Part shown: positions 1 to 8,616 of the stretch, piece by piece
Layout of the letters: every line of letters starts with the position of its first letter
Numbering within the stretch: position 1 is the stretch's first letter
Origin: Nibricoccus sp.
GTDB lineage: Bacteria > Verrucomicrobiota > Verrucomicrobiia > Opitutales > Opitutaceae
Reading direction: 5' to 3'
DNA: 64,000 bases
Assembly: GCA_047602425.1 (NCBI GenBank)
Contig: JASGHG010000001.1
Span: forward strand, 4,192,001-4,256,000
The notes under the pieces: generated by a model
Database searches by the model: none
Told to the model about the DNA's origin: nothing
What the model saw: only the letters and a program-made list of their open reading frames with translations
Translations under genes and position numbers: made by a program

Positions 1-3000
1 CCGCGAAGCCTGCGATCTGCTCGATGGACGCCGCATGAAAAACTGCGAACTTGTGCCGCTTTTCGGCCGCCTTTCCAACTCCGAGCAGCAACGCGTTTTT
101 GCCCCGACGCAACGGCGGAAGATCGTCGTTGCAACCAACATTGCCGAAACTTCGCTGACGATTCCCGGCATTCGTTTCGTCGTCGATACGGGCCTCGCGC
201 GCGTGAGCCGCTACGCCCAGCAATCGCGCACGCGCCGCCTGCCGATTGAGGAAATTGCACAGTCGAGCGCCGACCAGCGCAAAGGCCGCAGCGGCCGCGT
301 GGCGGAGGGCGTGTGCATCCGCCTGTATTCAGAAAAAGACTTCAACGAACGCCCGCGCTTCGCCCAACCCGAAATTCAGCGCGCCAACCTCGCCGACGTC
401 ATCCTGCGCATGAAGGCCTTCGGCCTTGGCGACATCGAGCGGTTCCCCTTTATCAACATGCCCGCGACGAAGGCGATCCGGGCGGGCTATGCGTTGCTGG
501 AGGAGTTGGGGGCGATTGAAAACCAGAAGCCGGAAGCCGGAGGCCGGATGCCAGATGTCGGAAGTCAGAGGTCGGAGGTCGGAAGCCAGAAGCCAGAAGC
601 CAGAGGCCAGAAAAGAGAGGATGACGCCGCAGCAACTTCTGAAATCCGCGGTCCGGCTTCTGGCCTCCGACCTCTGGCTTCTGTTCTGACGCCTCTCGGC
701 CGGGAACTCGCCCGCTTGCCCGTCGATCCGACCGTGGGACGCATGATCTTGCAGGCGCGGACGGAAAAATGCCTCCGTGAAGTCATGGTAATCGCGGCCG
801 GTCTTTCGATTCAGGATCCGCGGGAGCGTCCGCTCGACGCTCGCGAAAAAGCCGATGCGGCGCATCGCAAGTTTTCTCATCCCGACTCGGATTTTCTTGC
901 GCTGCTCAACATCTGGGACGCGTTTCACGACGAATTCGAAACGATGTCGCAGGCGAAGCTGCGTCGTTTCTGTCGCGATCATTTTCTCAGTTACACGCGC
1001 ATGCGCGAATGGCGCGATATTCACAGCCAGCTGATGGATGTCTTGGAGGAGCGTGAGGGCTTCAAGTTGACCTCTGCGTTTCACGGGTTGAAACCCGAAC
1101 AGATCACGCCCGACAAGGAAGCCTTTGGCACGCCGCCTTACCGCGCGATCCATCGGTCGATTCTGGCGGGCTTGCTCGGCAACATCGCCACGCGCGACGA
1201 CGAAAACGGCGGGTACAAGGCAACCAATGACCGTCGCGTGGTGATATTTCCCGGTTCGGTGTTGTTTCCGAAGGACGAGCAGAAGAAGAAGCCCTCCTAC
1301 GCCAAGGCTACGGAGGGCGGGGCTCGCGACAAGCGCTCGCCCCGCTGGATCATGGCGGCGGAGATCATGGAGACGTCGCGGCTTTATGCACGGACGTGTG
1401 CGCGGCTCGATCCGCTCTGGGTGCTCGATCTGGCCGAGCACTTGGTGAAAGTTTCGCACAGCGAGCCGTTCTGGAACGAAGCAGGCGGTCGCGTGCTGGT
1501 GAAACAAAAGACGCGACTTTACGGTTTGGAGCTGGAGACACGTTCGGTCGGCTTCGGGAAAATCGACCCGGTTCAGGCGACGGAGATTTTTATTCGCGAA
1601 GCGCTCGTGAATGACACGATCACGTGGCCCTTCGATTTTCTGACGCACAACCGCGAGGTCCGCGCTAAGATTGAAAATCTGCTCACCCGCGCCCGTGACA
1701 GCAGCTACATGAATCTCGACGAAGGTGTGTACCGGTTTTATGCGGAACGATTGCTGCCGGAAGTTGGAGCGCGACCTCCGGGCACGCCTTCGCAAGGCGT
1801 CAGCTCTGTTGCCGAACTCGTCGATCTTGTGCGCGAACGCAAAGGCGCGGAACCGCGTTTCCTGATGATGGAGCCGGACGATCTGCGCGACCCGGAGGAG
1901 TTGCAGCACGATGTCGAAGCATTTCCCGAAGCCTTGCCGCTCGAAAATCGCGCGGTGCCCATCGCCTACGCCTACAAACCCGGTCAGGCGGACGACGGTG
2001 TGACGCTCGAAGTGCGCGTGCGCGAGGCGAATTTGCTCGCGCCGGCATCACTCGACTGGGCGGTGCCCGGGCATTTGGAGGCGAAAGTCGAACACTACCT
2101 GCGTGCCATGCCGAAAGAGTTACGCCGCGCTTTCATGCCCTTGGCGGAAACGGCAAAGAGTCTGGCGGCGCAGTTGGCGCAACGCGACCGGCTCACGGGC
2201 CGCCGGGAAAATTTGACCGAAGCGTTGGCTACGCAGTTGGCGGAGCGTTTTCAGATTCGAGTCGACCCCGCACTTTGGAACGAAAAACCGTTGCCGGACC
2301 ACTTGCGCGTGCGCGTGCGGGTGCTCGACGACGAAGGAGTGGAAATATGCGCCAGCCGCGAACTGACGGAAATTCAAACGGCACTGGCCACGCGACAACG
2401 CGAAGTCAGCGCGAACGTCGCCCATGAAGATCCGCAGGCTTGGCGCGCAGCACGTTCGCGCTGGGAAAAGGCACCGCAGACGACGTGGGTTTTCGGTGAC
2501 GTGCCGGAGCGCGTCCCCGTCGGCGAACAGGCGGGCGTGCCGGTTTTTGCGTTTCCCGGGCTCAAAGCCGAAGGGGAGGGCGTCGCATTGCGCTTGTTCC
2601 GCCAGCCCGAGGAAGCCGCGAAGGCGACGCAACTCGGACTGGAGCGGTTGATCGAATTGCAGCTGCGCTACGAACTGGCGTGGATGCAAAAAGACCTGAA
2701 GGCAATGCGCGATCTCGGCACGCTCACGGCCACGCTCGCGCCGATCAATGAAATGATGGAGCAAGCCTATGGTTCGGTACGTCGGTGGATTTGCACGCGT
2801 CCTGTCGCTCCGCTCAGCGCGGCTGTTTTTGAAGCAACGCTCGCCCGCGCCAAAGCCGACCTGCGCGGCTTCGTGCCGCGGCTCATGGACTTGTTGAAGG
2901 ATATTCTGACATTGCGGCAGGCGTTGCTCGTGCATCCGCATCTGTATCGCGGACAGGGCCCGGAACTGGCGACCTTGTTGGGGCCGGATTTTCTTGCGAC

Positions 3001-3439
3001 GACTCCGTATGAACAGCTGGCGCATTTCCCGCGGTATTTGAAAGCGATGCGCTTGCGCGCGGACCGCTGGCGCCAGAACCCGGCAAAAGACGAGGAACGC
3101 GCCAAACAACTCGCGCCGTACATGAAAGCCGCGAACGAACTGCGCACGCGTGCGGGCGCCGAGGCGTTTTTTTGGATGGTGCAGGAGTTTCGGGTGAGTC
3201 TGTTTGCGCAGGAACTTGGCACCGCCGAAGCGGTTTCGGCGGTAAAATTGGACCGCGTTTTGGCCGATATAAGAGCCGGACGCATCTCGGAAACCACGAC
3301 GGAAGCGGCGAAAAATATTGAGCAAAAGACGTCACCGACGGCCCAGCCGAAGCCGATTGTATCGACGCCGGTGCCCACGAAGAAGACGGGACCGCTGAAG
3401 AGCCTGGGCTCGCTCGATGCCTTGTTTAGGAAGACATAA
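1..3439 (+). CDS. hrpA: ATP-dependent RNA helicase HrpA (5' end outside window)
   Basis: Frame is open from position 2. DEAH helicase motifs ATNIAETSLTIPGI, QRKGRSGR, GVCIRLYSE and LARLPVDP; HrpA C-terminal ELRVSLFAQELGT-like motif (QEFRVSLFAQELGT). Confidence 0.95.
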   Translation, partial: REACDLLDGRRMKNCELVPLFGRLSNSEQQRVFAPTQRRKIVVATNIAETSLTIPGIRFVVDTGLARVSRYAQQSRTRRLPIEEIAQSSADQRKGRSGRVAEGVCIRLYSEKDFNERPRFAQPEIQRANLADVILRMKAFGLGDIERFPFINMPATKAIRAGYALLEELGAIENQKPEAGGRMPDVGSQRSEVGSQKPEARGQKREDDAAATSEIRGPASGLRPLASVLTPLGRELARLPVDPTVGRMILQARTEKCLREVMVIAAGLSIQDPRERPLDAREKADAAHRKFSHPDSDFLALLNIWDAFHDEFETMSQAKLRRFCRDHFLSYTRMREWRDIHSQLMDVLEEREGFKLTSAFHGLKPEQITPDKEAFGTPPYRAIHRSILAGLLGNIATRDDENGGYKATNDRRVVIFPGSVLFPKDEQKKKPSYAKATEGGARDKRSPRWIMAAEIMETSRLYARTCARLDPLWVLDLAEHLVKVSHSEPFWNEAGGRVLVKQKTRLYGLELETRSVGFGKIDPVQATEIFIREALVNDTITWPFDFLTHNREVRAKIENLLTRARDSSYMNLDEGVYRFYAERLLPEVGARPPGTPSQGVSSVAELVDLVRERKGAEPRFLMMEPDDLRDPEELQHDVEAFPEALPLENRAVPIAYAYKPGQADDGVTLEVRVREANLLAPASLDWAVPGHLEAKVEHYLRAMPKELRRAFMPLAETAKSLAAQLAQRDRLTGRRENLTEALATQLAERFQIRVDPALWNEKPLPDHLRVRVRVLDDEGVEICASRELTEIQTALATRQREVSANVAHEDPQAWRAARSRWEKAPQTTWVFGDVPERVPVGEQAGVPVFAFPGLKAEGEGVALRLFRQPEEAAKATQLGLERLIELQLRYELAWMQKDLKAMRDLGTLTATLAPINEMMEQAYGSVRRWICTRPVAPLSAAVFEATLARAKADLRGFVPRLMDLLKDILTLRQALLVHPHLYRGQGPELATLLGPDFLATTPYEQLAHFPRYLKAMRLRADRWRQNPAKDEERAKQLAPYMKAANELRTRAGAEAFFWMVQEFRVSLFAQELGTAEAVSAVKLDRVLADIRAGRISETTTEAAKNIEQKTSPTAQPKPIVSTPVPTKKTGPLKSLGSLDALFRKT
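523..684. repeat. In-frame inverted heptamer array (consensus YCRGADG) inside hrpA
   Basis: 13 heptamers at 523-613 (CCAGAAG CCGGAAG CCGGAGG CCGGATG ...), a short spacer, then about 7 reverse-complement heptamers at 636-684 (CTTCTGG CCTCCGA CCTCTGG ...). Confidence 0.9.
1291..1318. repeat. Palindromic element in frame in hrpA (encodes PSYAKATEG)
   Basis: GCCCTCC-TAC-GCCAAGGC-TAC-GGAGGGC, an imperfect palindrome. Confidence 0.7.
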
Positions 3440-3535
3440 GCGGGATTAACAGTTGAGATTAGAAGGCGAAATTAGGGGTTGTAGGCGCAGCGAATTCGTG
3501 GAAAATACCCGACAGTTAATTGACCCCTTCTTCCC

Positions 3536-3985
3536 ATGAACACCCCGATTGCAGTTTTGTTAAGTCATAAGGGAAATGCCGTGTTTTCCGTGACGGGCCG
3601 CGACACCGTGGCCGAGGCGGTTTGCGAGATGAGCAACCGTAATGTTGGATCTGTTGTTGTGTTAGAAAATGGCGAGTTGATTGGCCTGTTGACCGAGCGC
3701 GACGTGCTGACGCGGGTCGTGGCGGCGGGCCGGCAGCCGGATCTCACCTGTGTGGCCGACGTCATGACGCGCCACCCAATCATCGCTTCCCCGCGGGCGA
3801 CGGTGGAGGAAGTCATGAGCCTCTTCACCGAAAAACGCTGTCGTCAAATCCCAGTCGTCGACGAGGACTCGGGGCGCATGGTCGGCTTGATCTCGATCGG
3901 CGATGTGACGCGGTGGCTGGTCGAATCGCAGCGCAACGAAGTTCACCACTTGCGGCAGTACATCTCGGGTGGAATCAGCGGTTGA
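3536..3985 (+). CDS. CBS domain-containing protein
   Basis: Tandem CBS motifs (NVGSVVV...GLLTERD; VGLISIGDV). Confidence 0.9.
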   Translation: MNTPIAVLLSHKGNAVFSVTGRDTVAEAVCEMSNRNVGSVVVLENGELIGLLTERDVLTRVVAAGRQPDLTCVADVMTRHPIIASPRATVEEVMSLFTEKRCRQIPVVDEDSGRMVGLISIGDVTRWLVESQRNEVHHLRQYISGGISG

Positions 3986-4018
3986 GAAATCGCTTCCCCG
4001 CGCATTTGCGTTGGTATG

Positions 4019-4054
4019 AGGCCGGCGGATTTTTCCCGTCGGCCTGATTTTTTT
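4019..4054 (+). terminator. Rho-independent terminator
   Basis: AGGCCGGCGG/CCGTCGGCCT stem followed by a T tract, after the CBS gene. Confidence 0.7.
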
Positions 4055-4125
4055 CGCAGTTCGTTCACCATAAAAAACTGGCGTGGGAGCGTACTTTGCC
4101 TGCAAATGCCGCAACACTGCCGCTT

Positions 4126-4542
4126 ATGAACCTCGAAACCGCCAACCAACACATCAAAGCCTGCCGCGACCGCATGGACGTGCTCTATCAGAAGCCTGTC
4201 TTTGACGAATGGGTTGTGTTGAGCGTGATGCAGGGCAAGGCGGAGATCCGGGCGTATACCGGCCCACGCGCCGAAAAATTCAAGGCCGATCTGCACCGCG
4301 ATTCGGCGCCCTTGATGTCCCAAATGCAGGGCAATTATTACAGCGTCGGCGATTTCGAGTTCGTGGACAACGCCGGGGGCTCGCGCTATGACGCCTGTAT
4401 CCGCCTCGGACATACGCTCTATCTCCTCTGCAATAATACCTATGGCACGCTCGCCGCGCTCAGGGCGGATCCGCGTTGGCGCGAGGCGCAAAAACCCTTC
4501 GTGGATCTCACGGAAAAATTCCGCGCCGACCCCCTGGTCTGA
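4126..4542 (+). CDS. Hypothetical protein
   Basis: ORF from ATG 4126 (MNLETANQH) with host-like codon usage; no family recognised. Confidence 0.7.
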   Translation: MNLETANQHIKACRDRMDVLYQKPVFDEWVVLSVMQGKAEIRAYTGPRAEKFKADLHRDSAPLMSQMQGNYYSVGDFEFVDNAGGSRYDACIRLGHTLYLLCNNTYGTLAALRADPRWREAQKPFVDLTEKFRADPLV

Positions 4543-4551
4543 TAATCTGTC

Positions 4552-4627
4552 TCTTTATCTTTCGTCTTTCTCTTTTCTTCTGAAAACATGGGGAGAAAGA
4601 GGAAAGGGAAAGATAAAGAATAAAGAT
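4552..4627. repeat. Inverted 6/7-mer repeat arms (TCTTTM / KAAAGA) between convergent genes
   Basis: TCTTTATCTTTCGTCTTTCTC ... GAGAAAGAGGAAAGGGAAAGATAAAGAATAAAGAT. Confidence 0.7.
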
Positions 4628-4629
4628 CC

Positions 4630-5676
4630 TTACGCCCAAACATCCAGGCCGGCGATAACGAACCAGCCGTAAGCGGCCATGAGCAGCCAGCCGGCCCAGT
4701 GCGGCAGGCGACCGAGCGTGGCGATGACGAGGAAATGCAGTGCGGTCGCCGCGAGCAGGATCACGATGCCTGCACCAAAAAAGCCGGGCAGCGGAATTGG
4801 TTTAAATAGCGCATACAAGCCGACGCAGAGCGGAATGCAGATGTGTCCATCGCCGAGCTGCGACGAATAGACGATGTCCGCGCGACGTTTCCAACCGTAG
4901 TAAACCGCGAGCAGGGCGTTGGGCAGCACCATGAGCCAGCCGCTGAGCCAGCCGAGATTTTTTGCGCTGATGAAACCGGTTTTTTGGGCGGCGAGCCAGG
5001 TCATGAGCCAATCAAGGCTGATGTAAAGAAAAACGGCGCCGATCAAAAGTGCACCCAGATCCATGAAGAAGAAGGGAGAAAACGATTTTTTCTGACGGAC
5101 ATTGTGCTTCAGCACGTCGAAGACTTGGAAACACTGCCAGAACAGGAAAAGGCCCACGAGCACGAGGCCGTCGCCGAAATCGAGAAATCCATCCTGACCG
5201 AGAGCCCAGACCGCGCCGGAGAAAAACGCGACCGCAGCCATGGTCAGGAAGAGCGAGAGGCGGCTGAGACGTTGCTCGGTTTCGGCTTTTTCGAGTTTGG
5301 CGATGGCGGCCTTCTTGGGTTTCTTGCCTTTGCCTCCTTCGCCTGAGCCGGCGGAGACCGGGGAAAGGTTGAGGCCCCAAATCAGCGCCGGAATGGCGAG
5401 GACAAAGGTGAGATTGGTCGCGTTGTTGACGAGGCAGTTGGTCATCACCTCGATCGACTGGCCCTTGGATTGCAGGAGAATGAAGACGAAGATCAGGTTG
5501 CCCAGGCCGGAACAATACGGCATCACCAAAGTGCCAAGCGCGGTGCCTTCCAGGCCATGGTCGAGAAGCGCATTGAGCCGCCAGATCATCAGCAGCGATG
5601 CGCCGATAAAAAGCACGGAGAAGGTCAGCGGGTTGGCGAGCCCGAGCGCTTCGATGGCCTCAACAATGTTATTCAC
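4630..5676 (-). CDS. CaCA (Na+/Ca2+ exchanger)-fold membrane protein, divergent
   Basis: About 10 TM segments in two halves with alpha-repeat-like regions. GTG start at 5676 overlaps the upstream TGA (GTGA). Confidence 0.7.
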   Translation of the reverse strand: MNNIVEAIEALGLANPLTFSVLFIGASLLMIWRLNALLDHGLEGTALGTLVMPYCSGLGNLIFVFILLQSKGQSIEVMTNCLVNNATNLTFVLAIPALIWGLNLSPVSAGSGEGGKGKKPKKAAIAKLEKAETEQRLSRLSLFLTMAAVAFFSGAVWALGQDGFLDFGDGLVLVGLFLFWQCFQVFDVLKHNVRQKKSFSPFFFMDLGALLIGAVFLYISLDWLMTWLAAQKTGFISAKNLGWLSGWLMVLPNALLAVYYGWKRRADIVYSSQLGDGHICIPLCVGLYALFKPIPLPGFFGAGIVILLAATALHFLVIATLGRLPHWAGWLLMAAYGWFVIAGLDVWA

Positions 5677-6491
5677 AGCGTACGTGAAGATAGGAGGGAG
5701 CGGGGCAGCGCAAGCCGCAAGTGTCCGCGGTTGCTCAGCAACCTCGCGGCAACGGCAAAGGTTTTGCCGAGCGATTGGCTGGTGAGGCTGGTTCGCCGCG
5801 GGCCGGCGATAACGACACGTCCCGCTCGCAACAGCAACGCGTGGGTGAAGGCAGGCGTAATTTCCTCGACGTGATGCGTGACGAGCACGAGCGATGGACA
5901 ACCGCGTTTTCGAGCCAGCCGCTCGATAAAGCCGAGAAAATGCTCGCGCGCGACCGGATCGAGGCCGGCGCACGGTTCGTCGAGGATGAGTAGTTCGGGT
6001 TTGGCCATGAGTGCGCGCGCAATGAGCACGCGCTGGCGTTCGCCCTGTGAGAGGCAGCCCCAGTCGCGCTCCGCCAGCCGGCTGAGACCGACGAGCGACA
6101 GCAGCCGCATGGCTTCGCGGGTGTCGGCACGGGTGATTTTGGCCCAGAGATCGAGTTGGGCAAATTTTCCGCTGATGACCGTTTCGATGACAGGTTCGGC
6201 GACGGGAATGGAGATTTGCAGCGAGGAGGAAACGAGCCCGATGCGTTCGCGCAGGTCGCGCCAATCGGTTTCCCCGTACACGCGGCCTAGCACGGCAATA
6301 TGGCCGGAGGAGGGCGTGAGGTAGCCGATCAAGGCGCGCAGAAGCGAAGTTTTGCCACTGCCGTTGGGACCGAGAATCACCCAATGCTGTTTACAGCCGA
6401 CCGTCCATGTAACAGCGTTCAGGATACGGGTCGAACCACGCACCACAGACAGGTTTTCAACGGACAGGACGGTTTGGCTTTGCTTTTTCAC
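5673..6491 (-). CDS. ABC transporter ATP-binding protein (ModF/iron-complex-like)
   Basis: Walker A GPNGSGKT, signature LSQGERQR, Walker B LLILDEP, H-loop VTHH. Start is GTG 6491 or ATG 6560. Confidence 0.9.
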   Translation of the reverse strand: MKKQSQTVLSVENLSVVRGSTRILNAVTWTVGCKQHWVILGPNGSGKTSLLRALIGYLTPSSGHIAVLGRVYGETDWRDLRERIGLVSSSLQISIPVAEPVIETVISGKFAQLDLWAKITRADTREAMRLLSLVGLSRLAERDWGCLSQGERQRVLIARALMAKPELLILDEPCAGLDPVAREHFLGFIERLARKRGCPSLVLVTHHVEEITPAFTHALLLRAGRVVIAGPRRTSLTSQSLGKTFAVAARLLSNRGHLRLALPRSLLSSRTL

Positions 6492-6613
6492 GAAGAATTC
6501 AGACTCGCTGGACAGGATGCGCTGGTCAATCGCGCCATCGTGCCTAACGTAGGTCTTCAATTGTCTGCATTTTAGCCGATTAGAAACCTAGCCTTTTTCA
6601 CTGCCACCTGCCG

Positions 6614-7789
6614 ATGCGTCTGTTCGTTCAGTTTTGCGTAATACTCGCCCTCGCGCTTCCGCTGCGCGCGGTGGAGTTTACCGTGCTGGTGTACAACGTC
6701 GAAAACTTGACCGCAGCCGACGGGCGTTCGCTTTCCGAGGACTACGCCGCGAAACGGTATTCGACGAGCCATCTTCTCACCAAGATGAACAACATCGCGA
6801 AGGTCGCCGCCCAATTTAACAACGGCGAGGGGCCCGACATCATCCTTTTTCAGGAAGTCGAAAGGGACTTCCAGCGCGATCAGTACCTTTTCGATCACGC
6901 GGGAATGCTGAAACATTTTGAAGACATGACGATCGAGCAAATGCTCGGTCACTACAATGCGAGGGAGATCGCGATGATTCCGGTCGAGGGACTTTTATTG
7001 AAAACGTTTTATGATCGCGGACTCCGCGGTTATCGCGTGGCCGCTTCTGATGACGCGGTTCAAACGAAGGAGCGCCGCCACATCGCTCACATCAATATCG
7101 TCTTTTCACGTTTCCCAATCGGTGCGGTCCACAGCTACATCGTGCCGGACATGCCGGCTTTGCTGGAGGTGCAGGTGCAGATCGGGCCGCATCCGCTTTA
7201 TCTTTTCAACAACCATTGGAAAGGTGACGCAATGGGTGCCTCGTCCGAAGAGGCTCGCGTGGACGCGGCGAAAGTTTTGCGCGATCGCATGAGTGAAATC
7301 TTCAGCGTCGACCCCAACGCGGACCTGATCCTTGCCGGTACTTTCAACTGTTTTTACAACCAAGGTCCGCGCTTTCGTTATGACAAAATCGCGCTGACCG
7401 ACGTGCTGGGCTCGCAAGGCGACAAACGCGCGCTCCGCAACCAGGCCGAACTCTACAATCTCTGGTACGAACTGCCGTCATCGCAGCGCGGCAGCGAGAA
7501 ATATCACGGTGTATGGAGCACCTTCATGCACATGCTCGTTTCGCGCGGGCTGTATGACTTTCGCGGCGTGCAATATGTCGATGGTTCGTTTGGCGTGGGA
7601 GAATTCCCCGGCCTCAACGCCGACGAACGCGGCGAACCGATCGGTTGGGACTATTCAGGCCTGAAGGGTTCGGGTTTTTCCACGCATTTCCCGCTTTATG
7701 CGAAATTCGTCACCGTGCGCCGAAACCGCCCGGACGTTTTTATGAATCTCAACCCGCCCAAATTCGACAAGGACGGCGTGAGAAAATAG
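6614..7789 (+). CDS. Secreted endonuclease/exonuclease/phosphatase (EEP) family protein, possibly inactive
   Basis: Signal peptide; YNVENL, DIILFQE and NHWK motifs; GTFN and STH in place of GDFN and SDH. Confidence 0.8.
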   Translation: MRLFVQFCVILALALPLRAVEFTVLVYNVENLTAADGRSLSEDYAAKRYSTSHLLTKMNNIAKVAAQFNNGEGPDIILFQEVERDFQRDQYLFDHAGMLKHFEDMTIEQMLGHYNAREIAMIPVEGLLLKTFYDRGLRGYRVAASDDAVQTKERRHIAHINIVFSRFPIGAVHSYIVPDMPALLEVQVQIGPHPLYLFNNHWKGDAMGASSEEARVDAAKVLRDRMSEIFSVDPNADLILAGTFNCFYNQGPRFRYDKIALTDVLGSQGDKRALRNQAELYNLWYELPSSQRGSEKYHGVWSTFMHMLVSRGLYDFRGVQYVDGSFGVGEFPGLNADERGEPIGWDYSGLKGSGFSTHFPLYAKFVTVRRNRPDVFMNLNPPKFDKDGVRK

Positions 7790-7803
7790 CGGTAGCGGGC
7801 GGC

Positions 7804-8565
7804 TTAGGATTCTGTAGAATCGTTTGCGTAGATGGCATGAAGGTCGTTGATGTAGGTTTTTATCCCTTCAGCGTAAGATCTATCGAAACGGGAGTATCCC
7901 CAGTGATCTTTTGTCCGAACTAGAATTTGAAACCGATCCACGTCCAGCTCGATCTGAGTCCATTTTTCACCCTGAAACTCCAAGACGTAATGGGTAGAAA
8001 AACGGGTGTTAGATTTCATTTTGGCGTATTCTTTTTCGAGCGTTTCTTCGGGCTCGATCCATTCAGTGACTTCATCGTCCCTCAGTGCGTTTCCGATGAG
8101 TTCATAAAGAAACTTTCGCGCAAATATATCCGAGGTGTTTGTCTTTTTCTGAATCAGAAATCCTTCATGTAGTTCGTCCCAAAGAATGCCGGCGAGTCGA
8201 GGTTCGACCGGGCCGGTTGCATCTACGGTCAGTATTTGAATTCTTGAGGCGCCAAGAATTGTATCCAAAAATAACAATACAGGGATGTCCTCCTGAAAAG
8301 GCGAAAGAGCAAAGAGGTGGCAGCCCCCACACATGAAGGGGTGGGGCAAACTCAAAGACGGTATTTCGTAAGCTATCTTTTTTAGCTTCGGCTCACATTG
8401 CTGCTGAAAGCGCTGTAATTTACTGCAGAGCCGGTCATTCCACTGTGCGCTTAGCGTCTCAGCCATATTCGCGAACTTCATTGGTTCGGTGGCTGCGCAG
8501 GTGGAAATACAGCCAAAGGCTAGCAGGAAAAGGGTGAAGCGTGGGGCGATGAATTTGCCGCTCAT
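7804..8565 (-). CDS. Hypothetical exported protein, AT-richer than flanks
   Basis: 253-aa ORF with a hydrophobic N-terminus; visibly lower GC. Confidence 0.65.
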   Translation of the reverse strand: MSGKFIAPRFTLFLLAFGCISTCAATEPMKFANMAETLSAQWNDRLCSKLQRFQQQCEPKLKKIAYEIPSLSLPHPFMCGGCHLFALSPFQEDIPVLLFLDTILGASRIQILTVDATGPVEPRLAGILWDELHEGFLIQKKTNTSDIFARKFLYELIGNALRDDEVTEWIEPEETLEKEYAKMKSNTRFSTHYVLEFQGEKWTQIELDVDRFQILVRTKDHWGYSRFDRSYAEGIKTYINDLHAIYANDSTES

Positions 8566-8616
8566 TTAAACTGATAACGCCGTTGGGCCGGTTTTATTAA
8601 TCAGAAAGCCGAAGAA

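Noticed and set aside
523..613. Heptamer arrays (also at 27010-27255 and 47254) as CRISPR arrays
   Set aside because: The units are 7 nt and contiguous, with no 25-45 bp repeat/spacer alternation and no cas genes.
329..3325. Long minus-strand ORFs (526 and 401 aa) opposite hrpA, and similar antisense ORFs across the window
   Set aside because: These are shadow ORFs produced by GC-rich codon bias; they have no motifs and fully overlap recognised genes.
5677..6384. N-terminal extension of the 584-aa ORF
   Set aside because: It is an Arg/Ala-rich off-frame reading of the ABC ATPase; a GTG at 5676 gives a coupled start.
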